From the NCBI RefSeq assembly GCF_026571515.1, contig NW_026864167.1:124001-188000 (forward strand): 64,000 bases of DNA. Direction: 5' to 3'. Numbering within the stretch: the stretch's first letter is position 1; each line of letters opens with the position of its first letter. Below are positions 1 through 13,049 of this stretch, in pieces. Both the position numbers and the translations under genes were made by a program. The notes under the pieces are model-generated. The model worked only from the letters and a program-made list of their open reading frames with translations, made no database searches and had not been told where the DNA came from. The DNA comes from Ruditapes philippinarum. Its lineage: Eukaryota.

Positions 1-915
1 ATTTTGTCTACGTCAAACACAATAATAAGATCTATGGTAGAAAACGATATATGACACACTCTAGTGTGTTCATTAATTAACTGTTTAAAATGAAACATAT
101 TAAGAAAAGTACTAAAAGCAGAAAATAAAACACACACTGGCTTATTTCTTTGTTTACAAACATCAATGTTAAAATCACCTAAAATAAGTGTTTCATGTTC
201 AATAAAATGAGGAGAACTATTGCACAAGTCTTCAAGAATGCCAATAAAGTCCAACTGTTTTGGAGGTCGATAAATAATGCCCACAAGAATCGGTCTAGCT
301 TTAGGAAGAAGGATTTCCGCCCACGTCGCTTCTAGCTTCTCGTGTTGTAGATCGCTTCTAGTGTTAAAAGTTAAGTCACTACGAATGTAAAGGCAAACTC
401 CGCCACCATGCCTGTCTCGGTCACGACGAATGATACTATAATTCTGGATTTGAATTTCTGAATCTAAAACAGATATACAGCCAGCCGATATACCTATGCA
501 TGCTGCACTGGATTTATGTGCTAGAATACGAATATCCTCTAACTTAGGAAGTAAACTTCTCACATTCACATGTATAAAACGGAGTCCACGATTATTAAAA
601 ACTTTGTACTCATTGTCAAGAGTTTTGTATCCCTCCTTACAATTTTCAGGACCTGGACAAGGGTGAACATCCCCACACAGTAGCAAACAAATGGACAGGA
701 AACTGTTTCTATTATTAATTGAATAAACTGATTGTGACTTCCTCTCGGCTGCACTGTTGTTAAGATTTATGAAATTTGAGTAAAACGTTAAATTACCAAA
801 AGAAACTGGTGAAATATCATAACTATCCACAATCCAATTATTGTCCGAACACTGGTACACTTTACATCCGGCGCCACTATTTATAAATAAGTCATTGTCC
901 GAACACTGGTACACT
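1..915 (-). mobile_element. Non-LTR retrotransposon (CR1/L2-like) 5' part of ORF2: 2A-like peptide plus APE endonuclease domain; runs off the left edge
   Basis: Stop-free minus frame translated by hand: ...LLLCGDVHPCPGP...GLRFIHVNVRSLLPKLEDIRIL...IRRDRDRHGGGVCLYIR...ILVGIIYRPP...LILGDFNID...QLINEHTR...STIDLI. These are the standard APE motifs (HxNxxS, GGGV, YRPP, GDFN, TRx..IDL). The usual 'SETW' reads 'SAGC', suggesting damage. The ORF track misses it because it has no stop inside the window. Confidence 0.93.
840..915 (+). repeat. 22-bp direct repeat near the 5' end of the LINE
   Basis: attgtccgaacactggtacact occurs at 840 and at 895. Confidence 0.85.
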
Positions 916-919
916 ATAA

Positions 920-3400
920 AAATATGCTGGGTTTCTTGACATAAAAGACGTATGAGATTAAAAAGTGTAGATAAAAGTTATCCTTGTAAGTTGCATTTCG
1001 TCAGGAAGTATCAATTTTTAAAGAATACTTTTCCTTTTGATTTATAAATTCAATGTTTACAAAAACAAAAAATGCCTCTCTAGGTCAAACACCACCAAAA
1101 ACATTAACTGCATATCACAATCAGCGTGCTAAATCAGCATGCGGTATAAACATCACCTGGTTCTCGTAAGTGCTTTATTCTGTCAATTCCGTAACAAAAT
1201 GATAGATTAAAGATGAATCTGAACACATTGATCAACTGACAAAAGTTATTTTACATTATTACAAGGGTGCCATTGAGATTAAAACCTCAAAATTTTAAAA
1301 CTAGATAAAATAACTATGGCATTTATAACGACGATAAAAGAGACATATACTCATAATAAAATTTTAAAAAATTGATTTTGTTTTCTGCAATTTTTTGTCA
1401 GATTTGTGTTCAAAATATATATAATACATATTATTTTGGTGTCATTTCCAAAATTAAAAATCGGTATACTGGAAAAAGAAAGTGAGCGAATAACCCGACA
1501 TTTTACAAACAGGTTATTGGTTAAAACCTACATGAGATGATAAAAATATATACATAGAATGATTATTTTAGCTGTAAGTACAACATGTGTTCATAGTATA
1601 ACCGGTTTTATAGAGCACACTGCCGTTCAAAATCCTTTCTTATTATTGATAGAGTAAAATATCTCTATAATAAATGTCCTGTTTCAGTATCTATCAAATC
1701 GCATACAAAATGTGACTTAGTTGGTAAGTAAAAGTTTAACTGGGTTTAAAATGATTTGAAGGACAGCCAGTTCATAAAAAATAATCATTTGTGGAAAGAC
1801 GAAGCCAATATATGTATCACTGTTTTCTTTACATTAAAATTTTACATCAGTTTGAAAGACCCATTGTTCTGCAATTATAAACATGGTCAAACTTTTCATA
1901 TTGCGTTTAGTAAACAAATTTGATTAAGCAATGAGTACTGACAGAGGAAGATATTTTAAGTAATATATGAATTTGATGACAAGCTAATTAGACCATTAGA
2001 AATACTGAGTGATAAAATTAAAATAGATATTTTGATCATAAAATGTATTTGCACGGGACAATTTTAAATGAATCTCAGAATATTTTAGGCATTTCTGTTA
2101 AAATGAGCTATAATACCCAAGTCGTTGAATTAAGCTAAAAAATGTTCAAAGTATTTAAGAGTAATTAATTCAAAGTAAAATATTTCACTGAAATAAAAAA
2201 TGATTGTTAAACATTGTAGCTGTACATCTATTGTCTATGCTGCTTTCTTCTTTACACATAAGATAATCCTTTCAAAATTGTTTACAAGAATATTTGTTAT
2301 TTACATTGTAAATTTCTTCATTTAGACATTCCCATTCAATAAACTTTCAAAACAAGTGCGTTTGTATTTTCGGATTAAAAAAACACTTTATCATGGATAA
2401 TTTTGCAATGTCAAGAAAAATAAGAAAGGTCCGCACATATTTTTATCATCTCATGTAGGTCTTAACCAATAACCTGTTTGTAAAATGTCGGGTTATTCGT
2501 TTGCATTGTTTATCCAGTATACCCTTTTTTAATTTTGGAAATGACTCCAAAATAATAGGTATTTTACATATTTTGAACACAAATCTGACAGAAAAATTAC
2601 AGAAAACAAAATCGATTTTTTAAAAATTTATTCTGAATATATGTCTCTTTTATCGTCGTTATAAATGCCATAGTTATTCTATCTAGTTTTAAAATTTTGA
2701 GGTTTTAATCTTTCTCAGTAGCGCCCTTGCAATAATGTAAAATAACTTCCGTTTATTAATCAATGTGATCACTCTTTAATCTATCATTTTGTTACGTGAT
2801 TGATACAGAATAAAGCACTTACGAGAACCAGGTGATGTTTATACCGCATGCTGATTTAGCACGCTGATTGTGATACTTTATATTCAGAATCTGTATTAAA
2901 TAATGTGACGTGCATTACAGCCTAATTGATTGCAGTCCATTAACAGATGATGTAACGCCTTACTATTTATTTACACATTAAACTATTATAAATAAATATT
3001 AATTGCTTCATAAAATATCCGAGCAAAATATTAATTTTAAGCGTGATGTTCAGATTGCCCAATCAAACCTTTTGGTACAAGTACTAATTCAAATGTCCGG
3101 TAACTGTTAACGATACAAGTGTAGTAATGTATGATCCATTGCAAAATCTCTTGATCTGTTAATTTTTCGACTGGGCAATTTCAACTCCAGCTATATAATA
3201 TATTTGTGATCCACTTTTTATCGATACATTCTTTTTTGATCGTGCGTTGCATTCTTTGGATGATATTTATTTTTGTTATAATTTAATTACGTCTTGACAA
3301 ATTAACACATAAAGAGCTAGTTTGTCATACGTTCATTAACTTAGGTTTATTTATTTCAGGGGTATTACACATAAATGCATTTTAAATTACTACTTGAACA
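920..3400 (+). pseudogene. Unknown family member M1 (decayed; 5' end lost at the LINE; carries an inverted insertion)
   Basis: Colinear nucleotide anchors to other members: 925-1000 with 42465-42540; 1790-1890 with 43240-43345; 2362-2398 (LY...W) with the LYP..W motif; 3045-3095 with 39495-39540. Confidence 0.6.
1113..2875. repeat. Inverted repeat pair, arms 1113-1549 and 2437-2875 (~440 bp each)
   Basis: tatcacaatcagcgtgctaaatcagcatgcggtataaaacatcacctgg... is the reverse complement of ...ccaggtgatgttttataccgcatgctgatttagcacgctgattgtgata; similarity holds along the whole arm. Confidence 0.92.
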
Positions 3401-3449
3401 ACAAAGGTTGCCCTAAATTATTATTATAGTACATGGTTAGCGTGATAGA

Positions 3450-5050
3450 CATTGATGACAAATTTAACACAAACGTTTTTAACATCCATCAAGGCAAGAT
3501 GGCATATACATTTGTATCACAAAATAGTACCCCGTCTTTAGTTAGCACATTTATTGTACATACTTGTTCACGTTTCAAACCTATTGTATCAAAATTCTGT
3601 ATTTCATGAAGGTTCCTTACAAAATATTTATAAACTAAGTCATTTTAGATAAAAGTCAATCAAAATGTAAATTATACTTTGAAAATATACTGTAGCATAC
3701 TCATAATTATAAATGCAATTGACACAGTTTTGTTCACTAAAAATCGATTGACTTTCCAATGATACTAGTTGCTACATTGCCATTTTTGATAAAATTTATT
3801 AAATGAAAAACTAAATTTATTCGATAATTTACATGGTTATTGGCAGCAGCAATTTTGAAATTTTGTAATATGCATTACCATTGGAAAAATAAGCCTATAA
3901 TACTGAAATGCATATTGACTTACTTGTTACTTGATATTTTTAATAGTAACCAACGGACGTGTTGGCAATACACTCCGGACATTTTACCGTATTTTATGAA
4001 AATCGTAATATGAAACTAACACCCTATATTTAAGAAAGCTTTGTGCTTTGCCAAAACACAAGCTTCGAAATTGAATTGGTTTGACAGCAAGCAAAAATAC
4101 ATTAAATTTAAGTTTCCTTGAACAGTTTTTAGTAAATATTCTTTTTTCGATAACGCATTTTTCACAAACACCAACAGATTATTCATTAGCTTACGTGTCA
4201 ATATCTCAATATGTATTAAATTAGATTTATTCCTAATTACGCCTTACACAAACAGTTTGTCACATTCACAGCGGATAAAGCAGAAGTGAGTGTGCCACCT
4301 ATCTTAAAAAACATGTAAATATTTTTTTCAAGTCTTCGTCTAAATGTTTTGCTTCAACGAAAACAGAAAACATATCTGCTTGTAACTTAAAGCAATTCTT
4401 TAGCGTGTTTACTGATTTTATTCCATACTTTGTTGATTTGTGTCAATAATATTTAAATAGCATAAATCGTTTCACTAATATAAATGTTTGGTAAATAAAT
4501 GATAGAATGCGCATTTTGCAATAAATATGAGTATTGTAATCATTCAAATTAACACAAATTTAAGGAAGAGAACACTTCAAACAATGTTGCCCATTACTTG
4601 AATTATCAATCAGATAGCACAGTTCTTACGACACAATCACAAATCGTTTTTAATTGTCTCGATTTTATACTTAATTTCATTTCAGATGAAATGATTTGAA
4701 ACCATTTCTGTTGTTAAGCAAAACATGTATAAACTTGAACGATTGAAGTTGTTTAACAGTATTGCTTAACATCAAAAGCTGCAAAAAAACAACAAATGAT
4801 TATTTCAAAGACAATTTATGATTTATTGCGTTCTATATCTTATTACCAAAGCATAGAAATGTTTTACTGCATCCAATTATATCTAATCATCACTTTACAA
4901 AAGGAGAACTTGGCGTCAGAAATATGAGCATAGCAATGTATTAAATCAAATTCTTGTTAATCAAAATCATGTTTAAATTTAGTTAAGGATGGAAGCTAAT
5001 CATTGCTACTTTTGCATACAGAATTATCTATTGATCAAATTTGAACTATG
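3450..5050 (-). pseudogene. Unknown family member M2 (copy at ~20750-22970 retains ~580 bp, 20925-21505, that is missing here)
   Basis: LDAVKHFY at 4853-4876 (motif L[ED]x[VL]xxFY). WATLFE near 4580-4595 matches LAMTFE of M9'. NDYNTHIYCK matches YDCNVKYFCK of M9', with similar spacing. Confidence 0.5.
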
Positions 5051-5911
5051 TTAAGAACGTCGAACGCTGTTTTTGTCCGTTTCTGTGCCTATTTGTTATA
5101 GCACATTCAATCATCTTTAAGGTAAAAATAGTTGTTTTTAGCTTTTAAAAAGAAAGTTTGCATGATATTAATGACAATAAGTTATTGACAAATCCTAGAG
5201 ATAGAAGTTATATTCAAGAAAATTATTGTAGTATGGTTATACTTGACTTGAAAGGAGCTTAAGTCCGAAGTATAACCCCCGCTCCAAAGATTTTCTCTAG
5301 TCGAAATGATATTATAGTCTCTGTTTTCTCAAATCGCTTTTTATCATATAGCCATATTTAGACAATTTCATCATGTAAAAACACGAGATTTACTGTATTA
5401 GAAAACAAAAAATGCGATAACTTGTGCAAGAATTTAGTCATTTAATTATCTTAAAAGAAACAGAAATAGAAATTTGTTTAAAATTGATTTTGTAAACCTA
5501 TATTAGATTACCTTGAAAATATATCACACAGTCAATTATGCACACGGTAGCTTTTTTCAGCTATTAACCCGCATTGTAACACCGCAAAACGTCAGTTTCG
5601 CAATACGTACGCGTGTGGACGTTTTGCGGCGCATATCGTACACATGTGGACGTGTGGCGGTGCAATATCATGCTTGGTACATTTTGCGGCGAGAGTGTGT
5701 CTTTGCGTCGCATATTGTCCGTATTTTCTGTGTTAAAATATATTCATTATAAACGTTACTGTTATTGTTTCTGTCACTTTCATATTGTTTCAGGAAAAGA
5801 TATGACGAAATAAACATAAAAGTGCAATATTTTGTGATCCCATATAATTCTGACTTTTTTATTTTTTAAACCGAGGATGTTTTTCTAATAGTTTTTTATG
5901 GAATGGAAACA

Positions 5912-5949
5912 AGCAGCAGCAACAGTATAAGCAGCAGCAGCAGCAGCAG
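5912..5949 (+). repeat. Interrupted (CAG)n microsatellite (also at ~23840-23877)
   Basis: agcagcagcaacagtataagcagcagcagcagcagcag. Confidence 0.9.
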
Positions 5950-6189
5950 AGATATAAAAACGATGATACTGAAATAAATGTAATCTTATAGACATACAGA
6001 AAAGGACGGCTATACGGACGGACGTACTGGGTATTGAACTGAGTGAATGACAAAAAAAAAATAAAATTAAGTTGTGCTTTTGACAATTATAGCTTTTCAT
6101 ATAATTGCATCAAGAAGTGGGAATGATTTTTTATGTTCTTGTTGACTATTGAGGTTTGGTTCTACAGTTCATTTTTACGGGTATGGATA

Positions 6190-6460
6190 GGGGCTTTTGA
6201 CAGCGTAGTCATATTTGAGCGAGAGAGCTTTATTGTCATAGAGATGGGGCCTTTAAGTCGCCTAGTCATAATTGAGAAGAGAGCTTTTGTCGCGGCGGGC
6301 GGGGGTGGGCATGGGGGTGCTTTAAGCCGCTTACTCATAGTTGAGAGAGAGAGAGAGTTTTTGTCGAGGAAGGGATATTTTAGCCGCCTTGTCATATCTG
6401 AGTGACAAAGCTATTGTTTAGATGGGGGAGGGGCTTTAGCCGCCTTGTCATATTTGAGCA
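6190..6460 (+). repeat. GC-rich minisatellite, ~5 degenerate units of ~55-70 bp
   Basis: Recurring core ggggc(c/t)ttt(t/a)agccgcct(t/a)gtcata(t/a)ttgag..agagc. Confidence 0.75.
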
Positions 6461-6520
6461 ATCGTTTTGATTGAAATGCCATAATGTAATTTTATAATTG
6501 AACTATGTAATATTATAATT

Positions 6521-7336
6521 AAACAAAGCAAAACGGTCATGGTGGCCTTATATCGCCCACCTACCTATGAAGGCTCCACATGACAAAGGTAGATAGCATT
6601 GAATATTACAAATGAAAAAGCAAGTACATTTCATGTACTTGGTCAGAATCTTGGTAACTGATATCACTACTCAATTCTACGTCTGAAATGGTCATCAATA
6701 TCCAAATATCTGTAAATAACAAAGATGTGATAATTTTAGCAAAATTCAAAAGTGACCTTGAGGTCAAGGTCATTTCAATGTCAATATTATATTTGAACTA
6801 TTTAAGATGTCCATCCTGTCATAAATGTATGAATGTTATCTGATCATTGACAACAAAGAAATTGCAGTTTTATCACAATTCAATAATTTGGTTTTTAATA
6901 TGTCTTTATTTTTATTATTCAAAGGCAAATAACTCTTGACATATTCAGTCGTTTTAGCTCATAAATGAACTTGATTGAGACCTTTTTTTAAACATATTCT
7001 GTATAAAATAATTTAAGAATGGAGACGAAACAAAAACACTAACAAGGTGAAATATAATCCTTTTTTTTGTTGTTATTGTGTGCTTTTTTTTTTGTTTTGT
7101 TAGATTTGGCCTATAATCTTACTTTGTTAAGATTTATGGTCATAGGTATTCTGTTGAAAATTGTCACGATTGAAGAAGAAATGAAAGCGTTGGAGTAACA
7201 ATTTGAAATATAACAGATATTGAAATTTAAGGGCTGATAACTCTGGACATATTGCTTAGGGTATGTGGATGCTAGAGTGGTAACAAACTAAATTTGGACG
7301 GAAAGACAGACAGGCGCATACTTAGGTGAGCTAAAA
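6521..7336 (-). mobile_element. Helentron-associated interspersed element (HINE / pearl-like), nested
   Basis: On the plus strand it begins aacaa...ggtcatggtggcc...atcgcccacct, contains the palindrome gaccttgaggtcaaggtc and a ggacgg/agacagacag microsatellite, and ends aggtgagctaaaa. This is the HINE layout known from bivalves, read in reverse. Confidence 0.75.
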
Positions 7337-9649
7337 TAAACACACAATAACACCTGATAATAACTGGTCAAAATTAACAAAAATTATAAAAACTTTAAAA
7401 TATGGACTTTATGCGGCAGGACCATGCCTTTTTGCCGCAAAATGTACTTTAGAAAAATGTGGACGATATGCGCCGCAAAACGTCCATATACTTACGTTTT
7501 GCGGTACGGGCGTTTTGTGGTGTTACACCGCATATGTTTTCTTTCTTAGACGTACAATGTATAAAATTTAGTTTTCATCAAATATTTGAATTTCTGACTC
7601 TTAATACATGTCAAATATTAATATCTTTAAGTGGATAAATGTTTGATCCTTTTTTGATCTATTTTCAGAAATGTTGATCTATTATTCAATTAACAATGCA
7701 TAATCATACATGTATATTTGTTAAATTCTATATACTATATGTTTTAACGAAACATTTCTGAGCTTGACGACAACAATGTAATCGTAAAACTATTTAAAAT
7801 AGATACTTTTTCTAAATGTAAGTAATATATCAAATACCGTATAAATACCATACATGATATCCTAGATATGCCATAGCGTATTTGATAAAAGGTCAATCGA
7901 GACTTCCCCTTGTTACACGAGTTTATATATAACACGGGAAATAATACTCAATTACTCTTTGGATTTATTTATGTATCCCAATTCCAACTCTCTGTAAGTG
8001 ACAAAAGTTCGATGCCGTCTCGTTGTTTTCCACACAATATCGCCTCTTGGCCCTAAACAAGATTATGAGATGAACGATTGGAAATAATTAGGTGTAACAT
8101 ACGGGGGTCAATGTGAGTTCAGAACTTATCATTTTCTATATATGAGGTTATTCAATGAACAGCAAAATGAACATGTTTTCCCCAAGATGAGTCACAATAT
8201 TTCTAAATCAAACTTGAGCGCATTGTACATAGGTTAAAGAAAGTAAAAATATGTAAGATTCAAGTAACAATGTACATGTTTTGTGTGAATAATAACTGAA
8301 TTTGTAACAGTAGTATTTGCCACTAAATATCCTCTTCATAAAATGTAACATAAATGTTTAAAGTACACTTACTAAAATATCATCTACCGCGGGACTAACG
8401 CATTGTGGGCTATTTTTGCATATTTTTACTTCATTTTGGTAATTTATGTGGATTGTGAGCTTTTTTGTAATGAGTAAATTAATATCATTGTTAACTTCAT
8501 AATAATGTATATTTAAAAAAAAATTTAAACTGATTCATAAAAATCAATGAGTATGAAGGCGTCCTGCTTAAAACTATAAACCTGGCATCGATAATTTAAA
8601 ACATTAATACGCCCTCAAAATACAAATTATATTTCTCCATCGTATTGACATATAAATTGCTGCAAGAATGCAGCCATGTTTATTATCATGAAATTTGTTG
8701 TTGTTTTTTTTTCAGATGTATAATCTTAATGGCCAGAGAGAGATCAATTACTTCTAACAGTGCTTAAAGTACCGTACCATAAATAACTATTAAAAATAAA
8801 TTTACACATCAAAATGATAAAACCAATGCAATTTGTGAAAACCACCAAATACCCTTTTCATAAAGGATAAGATAAAAGTGTATATCGGCTGTATATGCAC
8901 ACGTTAGCGTAAAATACTCTTAATGCATGTAAAATATAAAAGGTTCATTTAGAAGCATATCGATTAGTGTTATTAAATTCTATGAAAAAAACACAAACAT
9001 ACAAAAAACGAATTATCATAAAAGTATACAAAAAAAGCTGTTTTATTTCGTCCGAGTAAGTCTTTTTACGTACTTTTTTATTATAATAAGTAACAGTTCT
9101 GTTGAATATCTGATTAGATATTAATCAGAAATAATCATTTCAGACGGAACAGTAACACAACCATGTTATCTGGGCATGCAAACAAACTTTTGCCGTTAAA
9201 GTCTTATTTTGCACTTGCCCTTACGTGCATTAACATTTAAAAGAATTCTTAATAGTTGGGATATTTACTGTTAAATGAGGACATATCTTTTAGTTTAACT
9301 ACTTAAGTCATATTTACTAATTTTCTGTTGACCTAAACAGTATGCAAATAGAACATGTACAATTTTGCTACACGTGGTTGCAGACTTTATTGCTTTTAAA
9401 ACTCATTTCTGTAGTCTGGACATCAAAGTAACAGTCAATAGCAAGCCAATTTTATTAACGAAATGTAGCTATTTCTGTTTTATGAGATTAATAAAATGCG
9501 GCTTAAATATGTTTTCAAAAGGCTGACATGAAGTAAGAACTGTCATAATTGTCTACGGTTGCATGTTACGCTAATTAAAATGTCTACAACAAGCAACAAA
9601 TAAACATACTAGTATTTAAAATTGAGATTGGTGTTTTCATCATTTTATA

Positions 9650-12600
9650 GCTTTTAGACATTTTAAAAAGTATCTATACATTTATTGCTCAAAGCCATTC
9701 ATTGTCCAGAGCAATCTTGTTCAAATAAAATGCCATATAATTATTCTTGGTTTAAAAATTACATATCTTTTTTGTAAGGGATTATGAGTATCTTAAATGA
9801 GCTTAAAGATTTACGATTCCCAGTTTCCCGTGAAATAATGTATTCCAATCAATACTTTTCAGAAATGTATCTCAAACTTGAAGTGATAATAATGGAAGCA
9901 AATTGCTTGAAAGGAATTGATACGGAAAGTTAGGTTATGTAACATGTGTATGGTAGTTTCTGATGACGTATTCTATTAATCAATTTATTCAGCGGTAAAA
10001 CATAAACGTGACAAAAAGATCTATGGTAAATGGTTAATGCTCTACATATTGTCATTACTTTTAGTACTATTTACAGGCACATTATTCCTCATAAACGTTT
10101 TGTTTATTTTCCTTGATTGCAAAAGGGCAAACACAAGTTTTAATACCTCGAAATAATGGTTTGTATACATGTTAGATGCTTATCACCGAACGAGAATAGC
10201 AATGCATGTGAAATAATTGATAAAAAGTAGCAAAATGGAAACAAAGTAGTATTTTGCCTCTAATACACTTTTGGCCATATAAGGAACATAAGCAAAAAAA
10301 TATTCAGAAACTACTTTTCACTTATACCAGAACATATAAAAAGACTTATCTGATAAAAACAAACAAACAAACAAACAAAAACATGTTTGTGGCATAACAG
10401 GCCTTTAAAAGCTTTATGGGTAATTTTAGGAAAAAACACCCATTCGTTTTACAAAAAAGAAAATCCATTTCAATTCAATTGAATATTTAAGGATGCCAGG
10501 TTTTGACACGATTGTAAGTTTATTTCTTTTTTATTTCGATTATTAACGTATAAACGAATGAAATTCAATGCAAAGACGACCTTTATATGCTATATGTTGC
10601 CCTTTATATATTATATCATCGTGTACGTCATTTTTATATTATAACATTAAGGGATGGTTGATGTTTGTAATTTAAAATAGGTCCATACAATAACGGTACG
10701 TTTATAGTACGTACTACCTAGAATGCTGATTAAAACGACAATAAAGAAAAACCTAAAGACAAAAAAGGTTAGTCCAATGTGTCATAGAAAGCATCTTAGC
10801 CAGGGGACATAGTAGATGTTAATATGATTCTTTACACAATTTTCCTGATATCTAAAGCACATCTAACGCTGAACACATTTAACATATTGTATTGCAATGC
10901 AAGTTACGTTAATACACCGGATTGTGCTTATATAATTAATATAATTTGATACTCAAACTCTAATAAAGATGCAGTTTAAAAGCAGTGAGTGACTCTTTGC
11001 ACTTCAGGCAAATAACAAAGCGCTATAAACGGCGGTAAAACAGTATAAATATAGTGAATACGCTCGCATATAGTAGATAGAGAATATCTGACAAACTGTC
11101 AATGTGACATTGTTAAGTAGGCGATAAACAAATTCGATTTTATTTAAATAACTATATCTTAGTGTTGCTAGTATGTGTTCTTAGTGGTGTGGATTGTGCC
11201 ATGTTTTTAAGTGTTCTCGTGACGAACCTGCCTTATATTTGGGACGTATATAATATATTTTTAACGTTAGTATCATTTGAACAAAAGGTAAGTCGTATGT
11301 TTTTATCATTATTTTCATGTTATATACATTCAATTTGACTCATTATATTACTTAATAACCTTAAGCGCAATGACAAGTTTGCTATGAAAAGTTTTTATAA
11401 AGTTTTACTTGTAATTATAGAAAATCTAATATCATACCAGGAATATTATAAGTTAGCAAAAATAAATATATAATTGATTTACAGAAAATGCATAGCTATG
11501 AAATCAAATATATAAAGTTATAAAATATGAAAACAATTACAGAATTTACAGTTGTGAACTCTCTGTTTAGTCCAGTAAGTGGGTCATTTCTCGTATGGTT
11601 GAAATATTTCAAACCAATTTCCTTGTAATGTTTGATCTACATAGATGTATTTAAATTTTGCAGTTGTCTTTGTTTGATTTTTAAAACACAGTGTTAAAAA
11701 GGTGAAAGTTAACTCATGTTTAATTTTCAATGATTGGTTTTGATGATTTGATTTCAATGATTTGCATTCTGGTAACAACGGACAGGATAATTAGCAAAAT
11801 GTGAATAACCATGCAGGAAACATGCACCGTGTTCCATAATAAGATCTTAATGTGTAAAGTGTGTAAAATTACAAAATATGTATAATACATAAATAATTAA
11901 AATATAAAAAATGAAAAAGAAAGCTCGCAACATACACAAAAGACTTGCTGACTATAGTTAGATTCGATCACCTTACAAATGGATAAACTTCCGAAATATT
12001 TTGCCTGAAAAGTGAACAGATTTTCACTTCTTTAGAACGGTCAAATACCAATTTTATAATGTTTTAATAATGGTTTGAGAGCTTGTTAGATGCGTGTTAC
12101 CTAAATAGTGATAGGTGCGAAATAATTTCTCATAAAAAGAAAAATGTAAACATAGTGGTATTGCGACGTCCTAATTAATCATTATAGCTATACCATTGCA
12201 GAATTGCACCATAAGCAAAAGATGGCCCAGGTAATTTACCAATGAGACTTTTTTGGGAAACTGTTGAATTACAACAAAAATAGAATTAACAAAAAAATAA
12301 TGAATAATTAAAGCATTTCAATGACATAATGGGCCTTTAAGTTAAATCAAACTTTCTGATAGAACACACAACGGTCTAAGGATTTAAAAAACTAACTTAA
12401 ATGTATTTTTAACTATAACGTTCACGGATAAGTTTTTGCAGAATTACGCTTTTTCAACGTTTTCAATAAGATTGATTGAATATTTTCATTTTCTCTATGT
12501 TAATGATGATGTTACAAAGCACCGTCAAAATCAACAACGTTTTTGTTTGCTTGAAATGTTAAATATATTTTTAAACATGTTTAACCTACGATAGTAATGA

Positions 12601-12950
12601 AGACGTTTGTCTAATTTGCTAGGTTTTTATAAAGAATGTTTGAAAGTTTGTTCTTCAGACTGGAACAACGCCATGTATTTACCTAATTACATTGTCCATC
12701 AGACAAATTACTACAATAGAAGATGTGCTAAGAAACATTTAGGTAATTCAGTTAGTTTTGTTAAGATGTAACATGATTAACCGGCGATGCGTTTCGTCCT
12801 TGTTCATTTATTTTGTCTTCAAACCACCAATCGATTTTCCAAATCAGTCTATTGTTTTGGGTCTGACTGTCAAGCAATAAAATGATGAATAAATTGGAGA
12901 CAATTTTGATGAGAATTGTACTTGATTTAAAAATAAGTGGAAATCGACGA
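9650..12950 (-). pseudogene. Unknown family member M4 (copy at ~27750-31300)
   Basis: The reverse complement is colinear with M8(+): IDWWFE at 12818-12835; gtttcttagca at ~12735/42467; ttaccaga..gaaatcaaatcatcaaa at ~11760/43690; caacactaaga at ~11165/44175; ctgaaaagt..aatacat at ~9860/45120. Confidence 0.6.
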
Positions 12951-13049
12951 GAAAAACTGAATAGTAAATATGTTCATTATTCAAAATTATCATCATGAAT
13001 CAATTATCAACGTTTTATTATTTATTATTATTAATTTATTATTTTACTA

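Larger units (their letters stand above)
5572..7530. mobile_element. Non-autonomous TIR DNA transposon with subterminal CCGCAAAACGT repeats, hosting nested repeats (copy at ~23497-25643)
   Basis: Left end tgtaacaccgcaaaacg pairs with right end cgttttg(t/c)ggtgttaca. Several ccgcaaaa(c/t)gt and acgttttgcgg units lie in both ~150-bp ends. No clear TSD, so the superfamily is not assigned. Confidence 0.7.
5100..9600 (-). pseudogene. Probable family member M5, interrupted by the 5572-7530 element (copy at ~23000-27700)
   Basis: IDCYFDV at 9419-9439 matches IDWWFED of M4 at nucleotide and amino-acid level. Other anchors (~7980, ~5240) are weak. Confidence 0.35.

Noticed and set aside
5859-6405. 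ORFs with poly-Ala, poly-Cys or repeated SRLVI peptides (also 23690-24037)
   Set aside because: They are read-throughs of a CAG tract and a minisatellite inside a transposon, and the frames differ between A1 and A2.
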